Shown piece after piece: positions 60,542 to 64,000 of a stretch of 64,000 nt of DNA. Numbering within the stretch: position 1 is the first letter of the stretch; each line of letters opens with the position of its first letter. Under the pieces are notes generated by a model. It saw only the letters and a program-made list of their open reading frames with translations. It searched no databases and was not told where the DNA came from. Origin of the DNA: Dehalococcoidia bacterium (GTDB taxonomy: Bacteria; Chloroflexota; Dehalococcoidia; SM23-28-2; RBG-16-64-32); assembly GCA_963665775.2 (NCBI GenBank), contig CAXXTF010000001.1, positions 256,001 through 320,000 on the forward strand. Reading direction: 5' to 3'. Both the position numbers and the translations under genes were made by a program.

Positions 60542-60880
60542 GTGATGCCGGCCCTGGCCAAGGCGTTCAACATCATCAAGCTCGGCAGTGGGGCGTTCCC
60601 TGCCTTCAGCGGCGTCAATGGACTGATCTCCCACGTCGACGGCAGGCCGACCAAGTCGGGCCAGGCAGTGGACGAGGCCGGCTCGCTGCGCGTAGCGGCG
60701 ATCTGGATCGCCAACACCGTCCTCGCGGACGAGATCTCGTCGCTGACCATGAAGATCGTCCTCAGGGACGACCAGACGCGGCGGCCGCAGGAGCCGGCAG
60801 CGCTGCGGGCCTTCTGGGGCGCCGCCTACACGATGCTCGGCTGGACGCGGGGCGGCGACCTGGATGTGGGGCGGAGTTGA
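60542..60880 (+). pseudogene. Probable phage portal protein, N-terminal fragment
   Basis: KSGQAVDEAGSLRVAAIWIANTVLADEISSLTMKIV resembles HK97-type portal N-termini (from recall). Confidence 0.5.
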
Positions 60881-62358
60881 TCGACGCCGGCGTGTCCCGC
60901 GAGCAGGCTTGGCAGCTGTTAGGGGGCGATCCAGCGATGCTTGCACCGGTAACGGAGGAGTGATGCAGGACGCGCTTCCCGCCGAAATACGACAGAGACT
61001 CACCGCCCTACTAGGGACTGGCGGTACTGGCAATCTAGCCATCGACATTAAAGATGGCCGGATTATCAGCTGGAAGCTCACGGAAAGCGGTCGAATTGAC
61101 AGGCGCGCTCTAAGCGCTAGATAATGGGAATTGACTGAGATCGGGTTTCAAATTACTTTTATGCGTGCTAGGGGCGGGAGTAAAATTTATGCGTGCTAGG
61201 GGCGGGAGTAAAATTAGGGAATTATATACTTGTGTGCCAAAAACCCTTGCCGTACTGCTGGTAGCGCTGGTGGCGGGGGCTTTGGTTTTCGCGGCGTGCG
61301 GCGAGTCCGCAGTGCCGGCGAGTCCGCAGCGCCGGCCCCCGATCCCACCGCAGCGCCGGCCCCCGATCCCACCGCAGCGCCGGCCCCCGATCCCACCGCA
61401 GCGCCGGCCCCCGATCCCACCGCAGCCCCCGATCCCACCGCAGCGCCGGCCCCCGATCCCACCGCAGCCCCCGCAATGATGTCTCTGAGCGATATCGACG
61501 AGACCACCACGGGGGCCGAACTGATCGCGTCGCTTTCCGAAGGTGAAGCCGACTGCCTGCGCGCTGCGATAGGGGACGCGAGCTACGAAGCTATGCAGGA
61601 CCTGACCCTGTCCGAGAGTGCCATGGGATTCGATACGTTCCCACTGCAATGCCTGGAGCCGGACAACGCCATCGACCTGAGCGTAGCCATGATGTCGCTC
61701 CAGGCGGGCGGGCTGTCCGATGATAGCCAGGCCTGCATCAAGGACGTTTTCGCAGAGCTCGGGGTGCCGGGCGAGACGATGAGCGAGACAGACTCCTTGC
61801 GCTCCTTTATAACCATGCTGCTCTGCCTGACCGACGAAGAAGCGCAAGCCATGTCGGGACCTGTTCCGGAAGAAGACGCACTTCCTTTGCCCTCCCAACT
61901 ACGCTGCGTAGCCGAGCAGACGGACCTGGAGAACCTGTTCATCATCTACCAGGCCTTTGCCGACCTTGCCGACCTGGAGTCGAGCGCGGCGCCGCCCACA
62001 CCATCGCCGGAAATGATGATGGCGGTGGCCGAGATAATGGCGGCCCAGGAAACCTGCGGCATTCCCACCATCATCCAGGGGGAGGGGTCAGCACCCTAGG
62101 CGGCGGCTCGGGTTACAGCCTGCGCAGGAACTATCGGTCCGCCATGCTGTTGACGAAGATGCGGCGCGGCGTTTGCCACGACAACGGTGCACCCAACCTT
62201 TGGGGCTGCAACTGAACCTCATCCGGTGCCGACTCGTAACCGGGGACCGCCATCGCTTTCAAGCGTGGATAGAGCGAGAACATGTAGCAATGGTCACACC
62301 CCGGAGATACGCGAGTGCAACCGGTTACGGGGTTCCACGTTTCGTCTGTCCAATCAAT
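60792..62358. repeat. Copy 2 of the ~1.55 kb inverted duplication
   Basis: Reverse complement of 35773-37324, with added 28-bp and 17-bp tandem duplications and fewer 24-bp repeats. Confidence 0.92.
61234..62099 (+). pseudogene. Second copy of the repeat lipoprotein, frameshifted just after the lipobox
   Basis: A 17-bp duplication at ~61299-61332 separates the signal peptide from the mature domain. Confidence 0.8.
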
Positions 62359-62389
62359 GGGAATTATATACTATTCTAGCCACGCCACC

Positions 62390-62554
62390 CTAAACGGTGA
62401 CGGTGCCGCTTACCGATGCGTTGGGGTTCCGGCCTGATGCCACTTCCAACGTAGCGTTGGATGGCCCTGACTCGCTCTGGCAGGCGGCCGCCGCCATCGG
62501 GACTGTCCAGATGCCTATAACCGTAAGCAGAGCGGCCTTGACGCTGGTCTTCAT
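62390..62554 (-). pseudogene. YbaY-like lipoprotein, N-terminal fragment
   Basis: MKTSVKAALL...AAAACQ...ASVSGTVTV*. Confidence 0.45.
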
Positions 62555-62723
62555 CGGGCAACCTCGGTGACGAGGATAAGATTGGGCTACATCCGGTAAC
62601 AACAATTATATAGACGCAGTCCGGAGCATATTTGTTCCAGGGCTCACGGGGCTTGCCGCGTTTGAGTGCACGCTGTTCGATCTGTCGCCTTCAAGGTCTT
62701 CTAGTGTCTCTTAAAATGGCCGT

Positions 62724-63716
62724 TCAAGGCGCCCAGACGTTGAAGTTTTCGAAGCTGGGCTCCCCCGTATGGCTATCGAATAAGCCACCCATCGCGCTAG
62801 TTCCACCGCTTGCCTGGTTGTGGCCCAGGTCCAGCTTGGCAACCAACTGGTCGTTTACGAAAAACCAGCCGGACTCCTCGATTGCGATCACTAGCAGGTG
62901 GTTTCTATTCAGTAACCTTATCCCTGCGTCCGATAGGTAGCCATCCGCACCGCCATCGCCAACGTCGCTGATTTCGTGGAACCACCGGGCGTTATCGGTC
63001 AGTCCGATTACCTCCACGTGGTTACGTTCTGCGAAACGAATTATGAAGCCGTAATCCCAATCACGTCCAGGTGGATTGACGAATTCGGCTTCTGCTACCA
63101 AGTCCCGTGTCCACACCCCGCTATGATGCTGGGCTACGAACTCCGCTTCATATTCCAGCTTCCCTTCGGCGGGGCCGTAGCGCCTGCTCAACCGGTCGCC
63201 TCTGAAATTCTCGAACCGGGTGACCGCGCCCGCGACTTCATCGCCTTTAGACGCTCCGGTAATGACTGCGACGTCTCCAGCCTCGGTCACGGCTGATAAA
63301 TCGAGAGCGGAGACAAATTCGCCGTTGACGGAAAGCCAGCCGCGTTCTTTGATGGCGACTACTCTCAGGTGGTTCCGGCCCCCGGCGCCGGTGTCGAAGG
63401 TTTTGAGGGTTCCACCGCCCACCCGTTGGGTGTCGGCGTTTGACGTTTCCCTCCAACCAAGATACCAACGCCGGTCGCTTGTTACCACGAAGTGAATAGA
63501 CAGGCCGGTGTTTTCTCGTCGAAATATGAACCCGTAGTCCCAATCGTTCGAAGTTGCGGAATACGGGTTGACGAAGGTAGCTTCCACTATCATGTCGCCA
63601 ATAGAAACGCCGGCAAACTCAGTCTCGATGAACCCGTCCGATGGGTCGTGCCGTAGTTCGCCGCTGGTGGGGCTGAAATCGCTGCTCCTACTGAGTAGGC
63701 TCCGAACATGCTTCAT
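62724..63716 (-). CDS. Hypothetical beta-rich protein with two internal repeats
   Basis: Duplicated unit EA(T/E)FVNP...WDYGFI.R...NHL.V.AI.E.GW..VN...V..LDL...FENF. Confidence 0.7.
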   Translation of the reverse strand: MKHVRSLLSRSSDFSPTSGELRHDPSDGFIETEFAGVSIGDMIVEATFVNPYSATSNDWDYGFIFRRENTGLSIHFVVTSDRRWYLGWRETSNADTQRVGGGTLKTFDTGAGGRNHLRVVAIKERGWLSVNGEFVSALDLSAVTEAGDVAVITGASKGDEVAGAVTRFENFRGDRLSRRYGPAEGKLEYEAEFVAQHHSGVWTRDLVAEAEFVNPPGRDWDYGFIIRFAERNHVEVIGLTDNARWFHEISDVGDGGADGYLSDAGIRLLNRNHLLVIAIEESGWFFVNDQLVAKLDLGHNQASGGTSAMGGLFDSHTGEPSFENFNVWAP

Positions 63717-64000
63717 CGGCGGGCAGCCCTACGTTTCCGGAACTATTCACCGCCGTTACCACGTAGCAGTACGTTGTCCCAGGCTCCAAGTCTGAGTTCG
63801 TGTACAGCGTTAGTCCCACGGGCACGCTGGCCACGAAGGGGTACAGCCCTCCTGAGGCCGTACCGCGCCAGATGTTGTAGTGATCAACATCCTGACCCAG
63901 GATGGGGTTCCAGACCAGTGTGATCTTGCCGCTGGCCCCCCCGGGAATGGCCTCCAACCCGGTCACCTGGTCCGGCGGCGTACCGCCCGGCGTGGCGGTC
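63688..64000 (-). CDS. Fibronectin type III domain, partial (runs in from the window end)
   Basis: PDQVTGLEA...ITLVW...YNIWRG...YTNSDLEPGTTYCYVVTAVN. Confidence 0.75.
   Translation of the reverse strand, partial: TATPGGTPPDQVTGLEAIPGGASGKITLVWNPILGQDVDHYNIWRGTASGGLYPFVASVPVGLTLYTNSDLEPGTTYCYVVTAVNSSGNVGLPADEACSEPTQ

Noticed and set aside
36032-62099. Lipoprotein pair as the TR/VR of a diversity-generating retroelement
   Set aside because: The differences are not adenine-specific and there is no reverse transcriptase in the window.

Overview
GC-rich bacterial DNA. Gene content and style suggest Chloroflexota/Dehalococcoidia, possibly host-associated (inference only). 1-9 kb: a tightly packed csoR-copA-murT-gatD-copZ-M23 peptidase cluster, two xdhC-like genes and ychF. 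9-23.3 kb: a co-oriented minus-strand cluster and the best candidate for an undescribed system. It holds Opp permeases and a binding protein, a DUF5317-like membrane protein with an LspA-like aspartate motif, two 29-aa hydrophobic micro-ORFs missing from the ORF track, a MalT-like STAND/TPR/BTAD regulator, a membrane-sensor GGDEF protein, a secreted S8 protease and an HD-GYP protein. Together these read as a peptide-signalling/c-di-GMP module, now partly decayed and split by an IS1380. After apt (23.7 kb) the window is accessory and decayed. It includes tRNA-Thr(CGT) with integrase ends on both sides, a satellite-like element, a 1.55 kb inverted duplication carrying a repeat-containing lipoprotein, and inverted IS3 copies around a family III CoA-transferase/ABC cluster. 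Many IS, phage and lipoprotein fragments are also present. Several lesions are short tandem duplications or template-switch inversions. No CRISPR array or rRNA was seen. All family calls come from reading motifs by eye, not from database searches.
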